From the NCBI GenBank assembly GCA_049684915.1, contig JBAVGO010000086.1, forward strand, positions 1-32,000: a stretch of DNA of 32,000 nucleotides, given 5' to 3'. Positions within the stretch are counted from its first letter, which is position 1, and each line of letters opens with the position of its first letter. The position numbers and the translations under genes were made by a program. Below the pieces are notes generated by a model. It did not search any database. It saw only the letters and a program-made list of their open reading frames with translations, and was not told the DNA's origin. This DNA comes from Lutisporaceae bacterium. Lineage in GTDB: Bacteria; Bacillota; Clostridia; Lutisporales; Lutisporaceae. Below are positions 8,626 through 17,072 of the stretch, in pieces.

Positions 8626-9393
8626 TTATAAATACTTTTCTACAAACTGGATATCACTTATTTTATCAACATCATTGCCTACTTCAGGATATTCTGATAT
8701 TATAACTGCTCCCTTGATGCCAAGCAGCTTCTCACACTTTTTCTGCACTGCATTTATAGTAAGTATTCCTAACGCAAGTCTGAGTAAGAAGCCAAAGCCT
8801 AAGACCATTGCCATCTTTGCTGGACTCTTCCTGTATTCTAACATACTCTCTATAAAATCCTTGCATTTATCCTTAGCTGCCGGATTAAATAAGAAAATAT
8901 TTCCTCCCGTGAACTGTCCCTCCCTCAGTCTGGCATAGGTACGCTTCACTTCAGGGTATTTCTTATCGTTTATCTTCTTATCAACTACAGAATAACATAA
9001 ATCTGCCTTTGCATTTAGAGCTTTATTGATAAAGTCCTCTAAAGCCTCTACCGTCAGCATTGGGATGTCCGAAGTAGCTATCAACACCTGCTGTTCTTCC
9101 TTAAAATACTCCAAAGCCAGTAATCCATTAGTAACTATAGAATCTGTACTCTCAATAATGTAATCAACCTTACCTTCCAATATTGGAGTTAATAGCTCTT
9201 TAGGGCCTACAACTGCAATCTTCTCTATCATGCTCGAGTTTCTTAAGGTATCAATAATATACTCTATCATATATTTGTTTTTTAACCTTAATAATGCTTT
9301 GTTATGGATTTTAGCAGTAGCTTCATTCTGTTTAGTGTTGTCCGATACATCAGAATTTACCTTTTTATCCCCTGCAAGTACTATTACATTCAT
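8626..9393 (-). CDS. nucleotidyltransferase family protein (MobA-like NTP transferase fold), substrate unknown
   Basis: 255 aa. N-terminal VIVLAGD...NKALL nucleotide-binding loop and a later IATSDIPMLT motif are typical of NTP_transf_3 / MobA-like enzymes. It is the last gene of the apparent ispE operon. Confidence 0.7.
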   Translation of the reverse strand: MNVIVLAGDKKVNSDVSDNTKQNEATAKIHNKALLRLKNKYMIEYIIDTLRNSSMIEKIAVVGPKELLTPILEGKVDYIIESTDSIVTNGLLALEYFKEEQQVLIATSDIPMLTVEALEDFINKALNAKADLCYSVVDKKINDKKYPEVKRTYARLREGQFTGGNIFLFNPAAKDKCKDFIESMLEYRKSPAKMAMVLGFGFLLRLALGILTINAVQKKCEKLLGIKGAVIISEYPEVGNDVDKISDIQFVEKYL

Positions 9394-9440
9394 ATATACT
9401 TCCCTCTTTCCATCTTTACTGTCCTACTATGTATACATAT

Positions 9441-10121
9441 CTAAGTATTTTTGCTTTCCATCATTTCCAGTATCGCATTTTCAGTTGTCTCTATATGTTT
9501 TCTTGCTAATTTCTCTGCTTTGCTAATATCTCTGCTGGATATCGCTTCTACAATATCATAGTGTTCCCTTGAAGTTTTCTTTGATCTGTTTACCTTTTTA
9601 AGATACATCTCTCTAAACCGCTGCACCTGTTCTCGCAAATTATTATTGAGCTGTATCAATCTCTCATTTCTACTTGCCTTAAATATTGCTTCATGGAACT
9701 GACTATCCTGAAATATGAGTTCTTCTAAATTGCCATTTTCCAAAGCCTTATGGAACTTTAGTGCAATTAGTTCAAGCTCCTCAATTTCTTCCTCATTTAT
9801 TCTTGTTACAGCGAGACCAGCGGCCATACCTTCCAATGCTGCTCTTATTTCCAGTACCTCCGTAAGATCCTTAACAGATAAATCAGCTACATAGGCACCC
9901 TTTCTAGGAAGCATTATGATCAGTCCTTCCAGTTCAAGCTTCCTGATAGCTTCTCTTATGGGCGTCCTACTGACTCCAAGCCGCTCAGCCATCTGTACCT
10001 CCATTAACCGCTCTCCAGGCTTTAGGCTTCCGGATATTATGGCATTCCGGATAGTTTCAAACACTACCTCTCTTAAGGGCTTATACTGATCTAATTTAAT
10101 TTCAAACATATTATTGTCCAT
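9441..10121 (-). CDS. GntR family transcriptional regulator (FadR/FCD subfamily)
   Basis: N-terminal winged HTH (LKPGERLMEVQMAERLGVSRTPIREAIRKLELEGLI) plus an all-helical FCD-like C-terminal domain. I place the start at the ATG at 10121, preceded by GGGAGGA. This overlaps the ispE stop by 11 nt. Confidence 0.88.
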   Translation of the reverse strand: MDNNMFEIKLDQYKPLREVVFETIRNAIISGSLKPGERLMEVQMAERLGVSRTPIREAIRKLELEGLIIMLPRKGAYVADLSVKDLTEVLEIRAALEGMAAGLAVTRINEEEIEELELIALKFHKALENGNLEELIFQDSQFHEAIFKASRNERLIQLNNNLREQVQRFREMYLKKVNRSKKTSREHYDIVEAISSRDISKAEKLARKHIETTENAILEMMESKNT

Positions 10122-10983
10122 TATCCGTCCTCCCGTCAAAGGTCTTTACTACATATACTTCATTGACCAAGGTCTTAATATTATCATATGCACCATAAGC
10201 GGCTGACATGTCCGAAAATATCCCAAACACAGTGGATCCGCTTCCGCTCATGAGACTTCCTATGGCTCCATACTCGAAAAGCTTTTGCTTTAACTCCAAA
10301 ATTATTGGATGCAGTTTCGTGGTTACAATCTCTAAAACATTTCCCATTTTGTTGCATATATCTATAAGATTTTGTTCTTCTATAGCCTTTATCATACCAG
10401 ATATGTCAGGTCTCTCTATTATTTCATTGAGATTTAAGCTTTGATAGACCTCTTTTGTAGAGACTTCTACACTTGGCTTCGCCAGCAAAATATAACAATC
10501 TGGGATACTTTTTATAACAGTGAGCTTTTCTCCCAGTCCTTCAGCTAGACAGGTACCACCTTGAATGCAAAAGGGGACATCTGCTCCCAATCTCTCCCCT
10601 GCAGCTAAAAGCTCTGTCTTTGAAAGCCTTAAGTCCCAAGCCTTATTCAGAAGCTTAAGTACCGCTGCGGCATCTGTGCTACCGCCAGCCAGTCCTGCTG
10701 CTACAGGTATTTTTTTCTCTATATGAATATGTGCTCCTTTTTTCACATTGTATTTTGTGCATAAATAATGAGCCGCCTTATATGCTATGTTTGACTCATT
10801 TAGAGGTATCTTTGTTGAATTAGAAGTAATCTTTATACCTTCCAATTGACTTTTTATAGTGATAGTATCATAAAGATCAATAGTTTGCATTATCATTGAT
10901 ACGTTATGATAGCCATCTAATCTTTTACTTAGTACGTCCAGTGCAAGATTAATCTTTGCAGGAGCCTTGACTGTGTAAGCCAT
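10111..10983 (-). CDS. ispE: 4-(cytidine 5'-diphospho)-2-C-methyl-D-erythritol kinase
   Basis: 290 aa. N-terminal APAKINLALDV and the GHMP-kinase motif PVAAGLAGGSTDAAAVL are both present. Confidence 0.93.
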   Translation of the reverse strand: MAYTVKAPAKINLALDVLSKRLDGYHNVSMIMQTIDLYDTITIKSQLEGIKITSNSTKIPLNESNIAYKAAHYLCTKYNVKKGAHIHIEKKIPVAAGLAGGSTDAAAVLKLLNKAWDLRLSKTELLAAGERLGADVPFCIQGGTCLAEGLGEKLTVIKSIPDCYILLAKPSVEVSTKEVYQSLNLNEIIERPDISGMIKAIEEQNLIDICNKMGNVLEIVTTKLHPIILELKQKLFEYGAIGSLMSGSGSTVFGIFSDMSAAYGAYDNIKTLVNEVYVVKTFDGRTDNGQ

Positions 10984-11146
10984 ATTTTCACTCTCCAGCT
11001 TTTGTATATATATTTCATTGTATTACATTTTGTAAAAAAACAAAAGCGGAAGTTTTTACTCCAGCTTTACTTAATTTCTTCTTATCGTCATTATCTATAT
11101 TACTCACTATAGTTACTCCACCTCTAGTCAGAAATGTCCTCTAAAA

Positions 11147-11211
11147 TAGTTATTGACATATGTTGAAAACGAGGTATAATAAAAAACGAAATGGATATAT
11201 GTCAATAACTA
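11147..11211. promoter_or_regulatory. overlapping back-to-back sigma-A promoters inside a 15-bp perfect inverted repeat
   Basis: Plus strand: TTGACA (11153..11158), 16 nt, TATAAT (11175..11180), driving DUF134-mrp. Minus strand: TTGACA (11205..11200), 17 nt, TATTAT (11182..11177), pointing toward ispE. The -35 hexamers sit inside the perfect inverted repeat TAGTTATTGACATAT (11147..11161) / ATATGTCAATAACTA (11197..11211). The two -10 hexamers physically overlap. Confidence 0.6.
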
Positions 11212-11226
11212 AAAGGAGAAGTGCGT

Positions 11227-11586
11227 ATGCCAAGACCTAGGAAATATAGAAAAGTGTGCTGTTTGCCAGAGTGCAACCGGTTTGGGCCGCTAAACGCACC
11301 GATTAATCAAGCACATTTTATAACCATGACTGTTGATGAATATGAAACAATACGACTGATTGATTTAGAAGGTTTTATGCAGGAAGAATGTGCCCACCAA
11401 ATGAATATCGCACGCACTACTGTCCAGGGTATTTATAACGAGGCGAGAAAGAAGCTTGCACAGTCTCTAGTAAATGGAAAATTGCTAAGGATTGAAGGTG
11501 GCGATTACAAACTTTGTGATGGTTTTGAAAAAACATGCGGTGGTGGAGCTTGCCACAGACGTAAATTCAACATAGATACTGTGTGA
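11227..11586 (+). CDS. DUF134 (UPF0251) family predicted DNA-binding protein, Cys-rich
   Basis: Starts [15 protein letters not shown], the signature DUF134 N-terminus, at the ATG at 11227 after AAAGGAGAA. Sigma-70 region-4-like HTH ([26 protein letters not shown]). Cys clusters at both ends (CCLPEC; [14 protein letters not shown]). Confidence 0.85.
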   Translation: MPRPRKYRKVCCLPECNRFGPLNAPINQAHFITMTVDEYETIRLIDLEGFMQEECAHQMNIARTTVQGIYNEARKKLAQSLVNGKLLRIEGGDYKLCDGFEKTCGGGACHRRKFNIDTV

Positions 11587-11670
11587 TTTACTAATAATAT
11601 TGTATATGTTTTTTGTGCATCAATCGTAAATCCAACATAACAAATAATATAAACATGAAGGAGAAAAAAA

Positions 11671-12501
11671 ATGAGTGAGAATTGTAACCAAACTTGCAGC
11701 TCCTGCAGCGATGACTGCACTGAAAGAAAGGAAAATCCAACAGATTTTTCAGAAAAGCCACATGAGCTAAGCCATATCAAAAAAGTGATTGGTATTGTAA
11801 GTGGCAAAGGAGGCGTAGGCAAATCCCTAGTAACATCTTTGCTTGCAGTAATAATGAATAGAAGAGGTCATGATACTGCTATTTTAGATGCCGACGTTAC
11901 AGGACCATCAATCCCTAAATCCTTTGGAATTAATCAAAAAGCTACAGCTGATGAAAATGGCTTATATCCTATTAAAACTAAAACAGGTATCAATATTATG
12001 TCAACTAACCTACTTCTTGAAAACGACACGGACCCAGTTATTTGGCGAGGTCCAATAATTGCTGGTACAGTCAAACAGTTCTGGACAGATGTAATATGGG
12101 GTGATGTAGACTACATGTTTATTGATATGCCCCCTGGTACAGGTGACGTACCGCTGACTGTATTTCAATCCATGAAAGTTGATGGAATCATAATCGTAAC
12201 CTCCCCACAGGAATTAGTGTCAATGATAGTCTCTAAGGCGGTTAATATGGCTAAAATGATGAATATACCAATCATCGGATTAGTTGAAAACATGGCTTAT
12301 TTCAAGTGCCCTGATTGTAACAAGGAATATAATATATTTGGAGATAGCCATATTGAGAAAATAGCTGATACGCATGATTTAAAGGTTCTTGCTAGGCTAC
12401 CAATCGATCCTAAACTCGCAGCAGCTTGTGATAAGGGACTGATTGAACTTTTTGATGGAGACTGGCTTGATAGTATTGTACCGATTTTAGAACAGTCTTA
12501 A
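11671..12501 (+). CDS. Mrp/NBP35 (ApbC) family ATP-binding Fe-S cluster carrier
   Basis: Deviant Walker A GKGGVGKS, the family CPDC motif (FKCPDCNKEY), and an N-terminal Cys-rich extension CNQTCSSCSDDC. Confidence 0.9.
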   Translation: MSENCNQTCSSCSDDCTERKENPTDFSEKPHELSHIKKVIGIVSGKGGVGKSLVTSLLAVIMNRRGHDTAILDADVTGPSIPKSFGINQKATADENGLYPIKTKTGINIMSTNLLLENDTDPVIWRGPIIAGTVKQFWTDVIWGDVDYMFIDMPPGTGDVPLTVFQSMKVDGIIIVTSPQELVSMIVSKAVNMAKMMNIPIIGLVENMAYFKCPDCNKEYNIFGDSHIEKIADTHDLKVLARLPIDPKLAAACDKGLIELFDGDWLDSIVPILEQS

Positions 12502-12521
12502 ACTAGAGCATAGGGACAAAT

Positions 12522-12547
12522 AAAGCGGGAGAATATTCTCCCGCTTT
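12522..12547. terminator. bidirectional terminator between convergent mrp and the sipL-like gene
   Basis: Perfect palindrome AAAGCGGGAGAAT/ATTCTCCCGCTTT with T-rich sequence following on both strands. Confidence 0.75.
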
Positions 12548-12559
12548 ATTTATATTACT

Positions 12560-14137
12560 CTATTTACTTGCTCTTACATTCTTTAGTATCATTATCTGCA
12601 TACCATGTGCTACCTTGCTTGGGTTTTCTATGTTGTTTAGCTTTACAAGTGCATCCACTGTTGTGTTGTATCTCTTAGCTATGCTCCAAAGCGTATCACC
12701 CTTTTGAACCAGGTATATTGTAACTGCAGGAATTCTGCTTTGATCAATAGCTATACCCTCTAGCTCTTCAACCTTTATTACAATCCTTTTATCCGTTTGC
12801 TTGTAAGCACTTGCCACTACACTCAGTACTACTCTTAATTCAATCATAGTGCTGTTCATAGGTGAGAAATTCAAGCTGTCAATATCGCATTTTACTTCAC
12901 ACTGCATACCAAGTCTAACTCCAGGTATATCAACATAATGTCTAAAAGGAATTTGCTCCTTCAAACTGCATGTAGGCTCGCCACTAAAGGATGACATGTA
13001 TATGGCATCTGTCTCTAGCACACCCTCTACCAATACTCTGTCATCTAGTATTTTCATCTCATTTACTACCGGCGTAGCGTTTACATAACATACTTTCTCT
13101 ATTTCAGGTTCTCCGTGTGGTATAGAGATGCTTTCTTTTATTACTGTATTTGAATGACCTTTGCCAACAAATTCATTCATCTTGACTACATCTTTGCTCA
13201 TCTCAATCGCGTTTGAAGGACTATAAGCGTCAATAACGACCTCTTCCTCTGATTCTTTGTAAACCTTAGTGTTTACATTTATAATACCTTCTACTGTTAG
13301 TACCTTCTTTTCGCCTTCATCGTTTTCTGCTGCATCTATATAAAATAGTCCCGGAGTTGCTTCCGTTACACAATCCATATTCCTTTCTGCTGCAGGAACC
13401 TCTATGTATTGGTTAAAGGGTAGTTCAAACTCCATATAGTTTAGGGAATTCTCTTCATCGGCTGCAACATAAAACAGATTGATTCCCAGTACTCCTGAAA
13501 GTTCTATCTTGCCATCATATATCTTGTCATCCTTTAACATTACTTTATAGTCTGACTTCAATATCTTTTGAATTGCCGGTCTCTCAGGGGAAACTATCAG
13601 CTTCTCATTAATATTGTATTGATCCTTATTGTAGGATACTACTTGCTTAACCTTGCATGGCTCTCTAAGTATTTGAATATCTGACAGACCTCTTAAATCA
13701 GTAGCCAATTCTAGGTCAAACAGCTCCTCGACTCTACAGCCTAAATCCAATATAACTCTTATGTTTAGCTTCCTTGAGTTTATGATAGAGCATTCTACAT
13801 GCTGTACAACCGCATTTACAAACTCCTTCATTTTAACTCTGGTACCTGGAATTTCTATAGCTTGTGAAAAATTCGCAGGGATTTCCATACTATTCATTGG
13901 CTTGCCATCCATATCTGCTTCATAGAGAATGTTAATCATTACCTGACCATTTACAAGCACTTTGTCTGATAGCACTTCGCAGTCCTTTACCATTACAGTT
14001 GCTGTTGGAGTAAGTACCTTGTATACATCAGGACTCACATCTGGTACATTTATATCTTCTTCAACTACAGTGCTGTATACGTTTTCTCCAACTATTTTGC
14101 AAACCTTTAAAGGGTTTCTTATTAGTTCAACTGGCAT
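12560..14137 (-). CDS. sipL: SipL-like spore coat morphogenetic protein (three SPOCS/DUF3794-type repeats plus C-terminal LysM)
   Basis: 525 aa. Three internally similar modules are visible: DVSPDVYKVLTPTATVMVKDCEVLSDKVLVNGQVMINILY, ERPAIQKILKSDYKVMLKDDKIYDGKIELSGVLGINLFY and GEPEIEKVCYVNATPVVNEMKILDDRVLVEGVLETDAIY. The C-terminus is a canonical LysM (YLVQKGDTLWSIAKRYNTTVDALVKLNNI). Size and layout match my recollection of clostridial SipL, the SpoVID analogue. The symbol is assigned by architecture, not by alignment. Confidence 0.7.
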   Translation of the reverse strand: MPVELIRNPLKVCKIVGENVYSTVVEEDINVPDVSPDVYKVLTPTATVMVKDCEVLSDKVLVNGQVMINILYEADMDGKPMNSMEIPANFSQAIEIPGTRVKMKEFVNAVVQHVECSIINSRKLNIRVILDLGCRVEELFDLELATDLRGLSDIQILREPCKVKQVVSYNKDQYNINEKLIVSPERPAIQKILKSDYKVMLKDDKIYDGKIELSGVLGINLFYVAADEENSLNYMEFELPFNQYIEVPAAERNMDCVTEATPGLFYIDAAENDEGEKKVLTVEGIINVNTKVYKESEEEVVIDAYSPSNAIEMSKDVVKMNEFVGKGHSNTVIKESISIPHGEPEIEKVCYVNATPVVNEMKILDDRVLVEGVLETDAIYMSSFSGEPTCSLKEQIPFRHYVDIPGVRLGMQCEVKCDIDSLNFSPMNSTMIELRVVLSVVASAYKQTDKRIVIKVEELEGIAIDQSRIPAVTIYLVQKGDTLWSIAKRYNTTVDALVKLNNIENPSKVAHGMQIMILKNVRASK

Positions 14138-14338
14138 GAGATTCCCCCTCCTACATATAGTTTGTTTCTATAAATGTATATGAGACGAGATAAAAATTAT
14201 GCTAAGTTTTTCAACAACGACAGGTCAAATCTTAAGCTTGATTCACAGTGATATTTTTATTTTATTTATGGTACAAGTTTGTTATTTTTTCGTGATTTTC
14301 TTAATATATATAACTAGCTCAAAAAAGGAGGTTTGCCG

Positions 14339-15580
14339 ATGAAGAAAAAAGCAGCCTTGCCCAACAAGCTTCTTATTGCCCTAATATTAGGTATTCTTTT
14401 TGGTCTTATCGCCAATAAACTATTCTCAATTGAATTCAACAATATCCTCACAGAATGGATATTAAGCCCCATTGTAAATATTTTCTTAAGAGGAATTAAA
14501 TTGATAGTCGTTCCACTAGTTCTCTGTTCTTTAATTTGTGGAATTGCTAGTATTGGGGATTCAAAGAAATTAGGAAGAATAGGCAGTAAAATTATGACTT
14601 ATTATATACTTACCACTGCACTTGCAATTACACTAGCCCTGATATTTGCCAATATAATAAATCCTGGTTTAAACCTAAATCTTACTTTATCTACGGAGTA
14701 TAAAGCAGCAGAGATACCATTTTTCATGGATGTACTAGTAAATATAATTCCCACGAATCCGATTGAAGCTTTAGTAAAAGGAGAAATGCTTCATATAATT
14801 GTATTTGCATTAATTTTCGGAGTCGCAATCAGAATGATTGGTAAACCTGTTAAGCCATTACTAAACATCATAAGTCAGACAAATGATATTATGATTAAGA
14901 TACTTGATATTGTACTTCTTACAGCTCCTTTTGGAGTTTTTGCACTAATTTCTAGGTTAATAATAGTACAAGGTCTTGACGTATTACTTCCAATGCTTAA
15001 ATATGTCATAACAATACTTTTAGTTCTCTTATCGCAAATACTACTTACATATGGTTTTGCTCTTAAAGTATTTGGTAAAGTAAATCCGACAAGCTTTTTC
15101 AAGAAATATTGGCCGGTAATGGTTGTTGCTTTTAGTACCTCTAGTAGCAATGCAACCATCCCTGTAAGCTTAGATACCTGTCAAAAGAAGCTTGGTGTGT
15201 CAAAAGCTGTATCCAGCTTTACAATACCGCTAGGTGCAGCTGTCAATATTGATGGTACTGCTATAATGCAAGGCGTTGCTTCTATATTTATTGCACAGAT
15301 TTTTGGAATAGAGCTTTGCTTTGCAGAGCAGCTCATGATAATTTTTGCAGCTGTATTAGCTTCTATCGGTACTGCCGCCGTGCCAGGTGCAGGCATTATT
15401 ACTCTAGCAATAATACTGCAACAGGTGGGAGTCCCGATAGAGGGTATCGCTATGATACTTTCTGTAGATAGAATATTAGATATGTTCCAAACAGTAGTCA
15501 ATGTAACAGGTGATGCAGTTGGAACTGTAATAATTGCAAACAGTGAAAGAGAATTGGAGCTGGAGGTATATAATGCATAA
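14339..15580 (+). CDS. dicarboxylate/amino acid:cation symporter (DAACS / SDF family)
   Basis: 413 aa from the ATG at 14339 after AAGGAGG. Multi-TM protein with family motifs SSSNATIP, GAAVNIDGTA and PGAGIITLA. Substrate (Glu/Asp versus Ser/Thr) cannot be decided by eye. Confidence 0.88.
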   Translation: MKKKAALPNKLLIALILGILFGLIANKLFSIEFNNILTEWILSPIVNIFLRGIKLIVVPLVLCSLICGIASIGDSKKLGRIGSKIMTYYILTTALAITLALIFANIINPGLNLNLTLSTEYKAAEIPFFMDVLVNIIPTNPIEALVKGEMLHIIVFALIFGVAIRMIGKPVKPLLNIISQTNDIMIKILDIVLLTAPFGVFALISRLIIVQGLDVLLPMLKYVITILLVLLSQILLTYGFALKVFGKVNPTSFFKKYWPVMVVAFSTSSSNATIPVSLDTCQKKLGVSKAVSSFTIPLGAAVNIDGTAIMQGVASIFIAQIFGIELCFAEQLMIIFAAVLASIGTAAVPGAGIITLAIILQQVGVPIEGIAMILSVDRILDMFQTVVNVTGDAVGTVIIANSERELELEVYNA

Positions 15581-15586
15581 AAAAAA

Positions 15587-15609
15587 ATGCGTGGAGCAAT
15601 TCCACGCAT
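15587..15609. terminator. bidirectional terminator between the convergent transporter genes
   Basis: Stem ATGCGTGGA (15587..15595) / TCCACGCAT (15601..15609). An A8 run precedes it and a T-rich run follows. Confidence 0.75.
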
Positions 15610-15620
15610 GAGAGTTTTTA

Positions 15621-16886
15621 TTATTCGTTCATTAATCCAGTTACTTCAAATATCTTAAATAACAAACTTACCACTATGGCAAGCACTGTAGCTAATGCCA
15701 TACCTGTAAGCTGTACAGTACCTATTTGTATGTGCGTTCCACTCAAACCTATAATCAGCACTACAGATGTAAGCACTAGATTCTTTGGCTTGCTGTAGTC
15801 TACCTTTGACTCTACCAACATTCTCAAGCCCGAAGCTGCTATAGTACCAAACAATAGCAGTGAAACTCCACCCATTACAGGTGTTGGTATAGTCTGTATT
15901 GCCGCAGACAGCTTACCAAAGAAGGATATTATTATAGATATTACAGCCGCTCCGCCAATTACCCATACACTGTAAACCTTTGTTATTGCCATAACTCCAA
16001 TGTTTTCACCGTAGGTAGTTGTAGGCACTGAGCCTAAAAGTCCTGATAGAGTAGTAGAAAGACCGTCACCTAGCATTGAACGATGCAAGCCAGGGTCCTT
16101 AGTCAAATCTCTGCCTACTATATTACTTGTTACTATCAAATGACCTATATGTTCTGCCACAACTACTAAGGAAGCAGGCAGTATTGTTAAAATAGCTGTT
16201 GAATTAAACACAGGCTTATAAAAAGTCGGTATCTCAAAAATCCCAGCTTGCCCTATAGCTCCAAAGTTTACAAAGCCTACTAATACAGCAACTAAGTAAC
16301 CCCCTACTATACCTACAAGTATTGGGATGATACCTAGGAAGCCTCTAAATATTACCGTGCCTATTACAACTATTGTCAGAGTTACTATAGCAATCAGAAG
16401 CACCTTCGGATTCATATATAAGTCAGGGTTGTTAGTGTCAAACACAAGCCCTGCCATCTTTGCAGCCGTTGGAGCAAGCTCTAACCCTATAATTGCAACA
16501 ATAGCACCCATTGCCGCAGGAGGGAATACTACATCAATCCACTTTACACCCGCATATTTGACAATAAGTGCTATCATCATAAACACTATTCCTGATACAA
16601 CAAACCCGCCAAGGGCTGCACTATAGCCTTGAGATGCTAATATTACAAAGGTCGGAGATAGGAATGCAAAACTGGAACCAAGAAATGCAGGAATCTTACC
16701 CTTTGTGATGAAAATAAACAGTAGTGTACCGATACCGTTCATAAGAAGTACAGTGGAAGGTTCAATCTTAAAAAGTATGGGGACTAAAACTGATGCTCCA
16801 AACATTGCAAATAGATGTTGAAAGCTAAGTGGTATGCTTTGCAGCAAAGGTGGTCTTTCTTCAACTTGAATTATTCTTTTACTCAT
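15621..16886 (-). CDS. uraA: uracil permease (NCS2 family)
   Basis: 421 aa, colinear from memory with E. coli UraA: ERPPLLQSIPLSFQHLFAMFGASVLVP, GKIPAFLGSSFAF, VVVAEHIGHL, TTTYGENIGVMAITKVYS. Confidence 0.9.
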   Translation of the reverse strand: MSKRIIQVEERPPLLQSIPLSFQHLFAMFGASVLVPILFKIEPSTVLLMNGIGTLLFIFITKGKIPAFLGSSFAFLSPTFVILASQGYSAALGGFVVSGIVFMMIALIVKYAGVKWIDVVFPPAAMGAIVAIIGLELAPTAAKMAGLVFDTNNPDLYMNPKVLLIAIVTLTIVVIGTVIFRGFLGIIPILVGIVGGYLVAVLVGFVNFGAIGQAGIFEIPTFYKPVFNSTAILTILPASLVVVAEHIGHLIVTSNIVGRDLTKDPGLHRSMLGDGLSTTLSGLLGSVPTTTYGENIGVMAITKVYSVWVIGGAAVISIIISFFGKLSAAIQTIPTPVMGGVSLLLFGTIAASGLRMLVESKVDYSKPKNLVLTSVVLIIGLSGTHIQIGTVQLTGMALATVLAIVVSLLFKIFEVTGLMNE

Positions 16887-17033
16887 TGTGTTTCCCCTTT
16901 CAATTTTTTTATCTTTGATAGTTTAACATTAAATTTACATCTTGTCTCTACGATTTTAAAAATAATAAAATTATATTTTTGGGGGATTAACATTAACTAA
17001 AAGTATTGTAATATTATACCTTAAGGCTAGTCC

Positions 17034-17068
17034 TTAAAAAAATTCCATCGATTTTACTCGATGGAATT
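17034..17068 (-). terminator. terminator after arcC
   Basis: 11-bp perfect stem AATTCCATCGA (17041..17051) / TCGATGGAATT (17058..17068). On the minus strand it is followed by TTTTTT. It begins 5 nt after the arcC stop. Confidence 0.75.
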
Positions 17069-17072
17069 TTTA

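Noticed and set aside
11505-11822. 105-aa minus-strand ORF bridging the DUF134 and mrp genes
   Set aside because: It overlaps two well-supported plus-strand genes and their intergenic RBS, and it has no motif or RBS of its own.
15181-15609. 142-aa and 94-aa minus-strand ORFs inside the DAACS transporter gene
   Set aside because: They are antisense to a transporter CDS with clear family motifs and have no independent signals.
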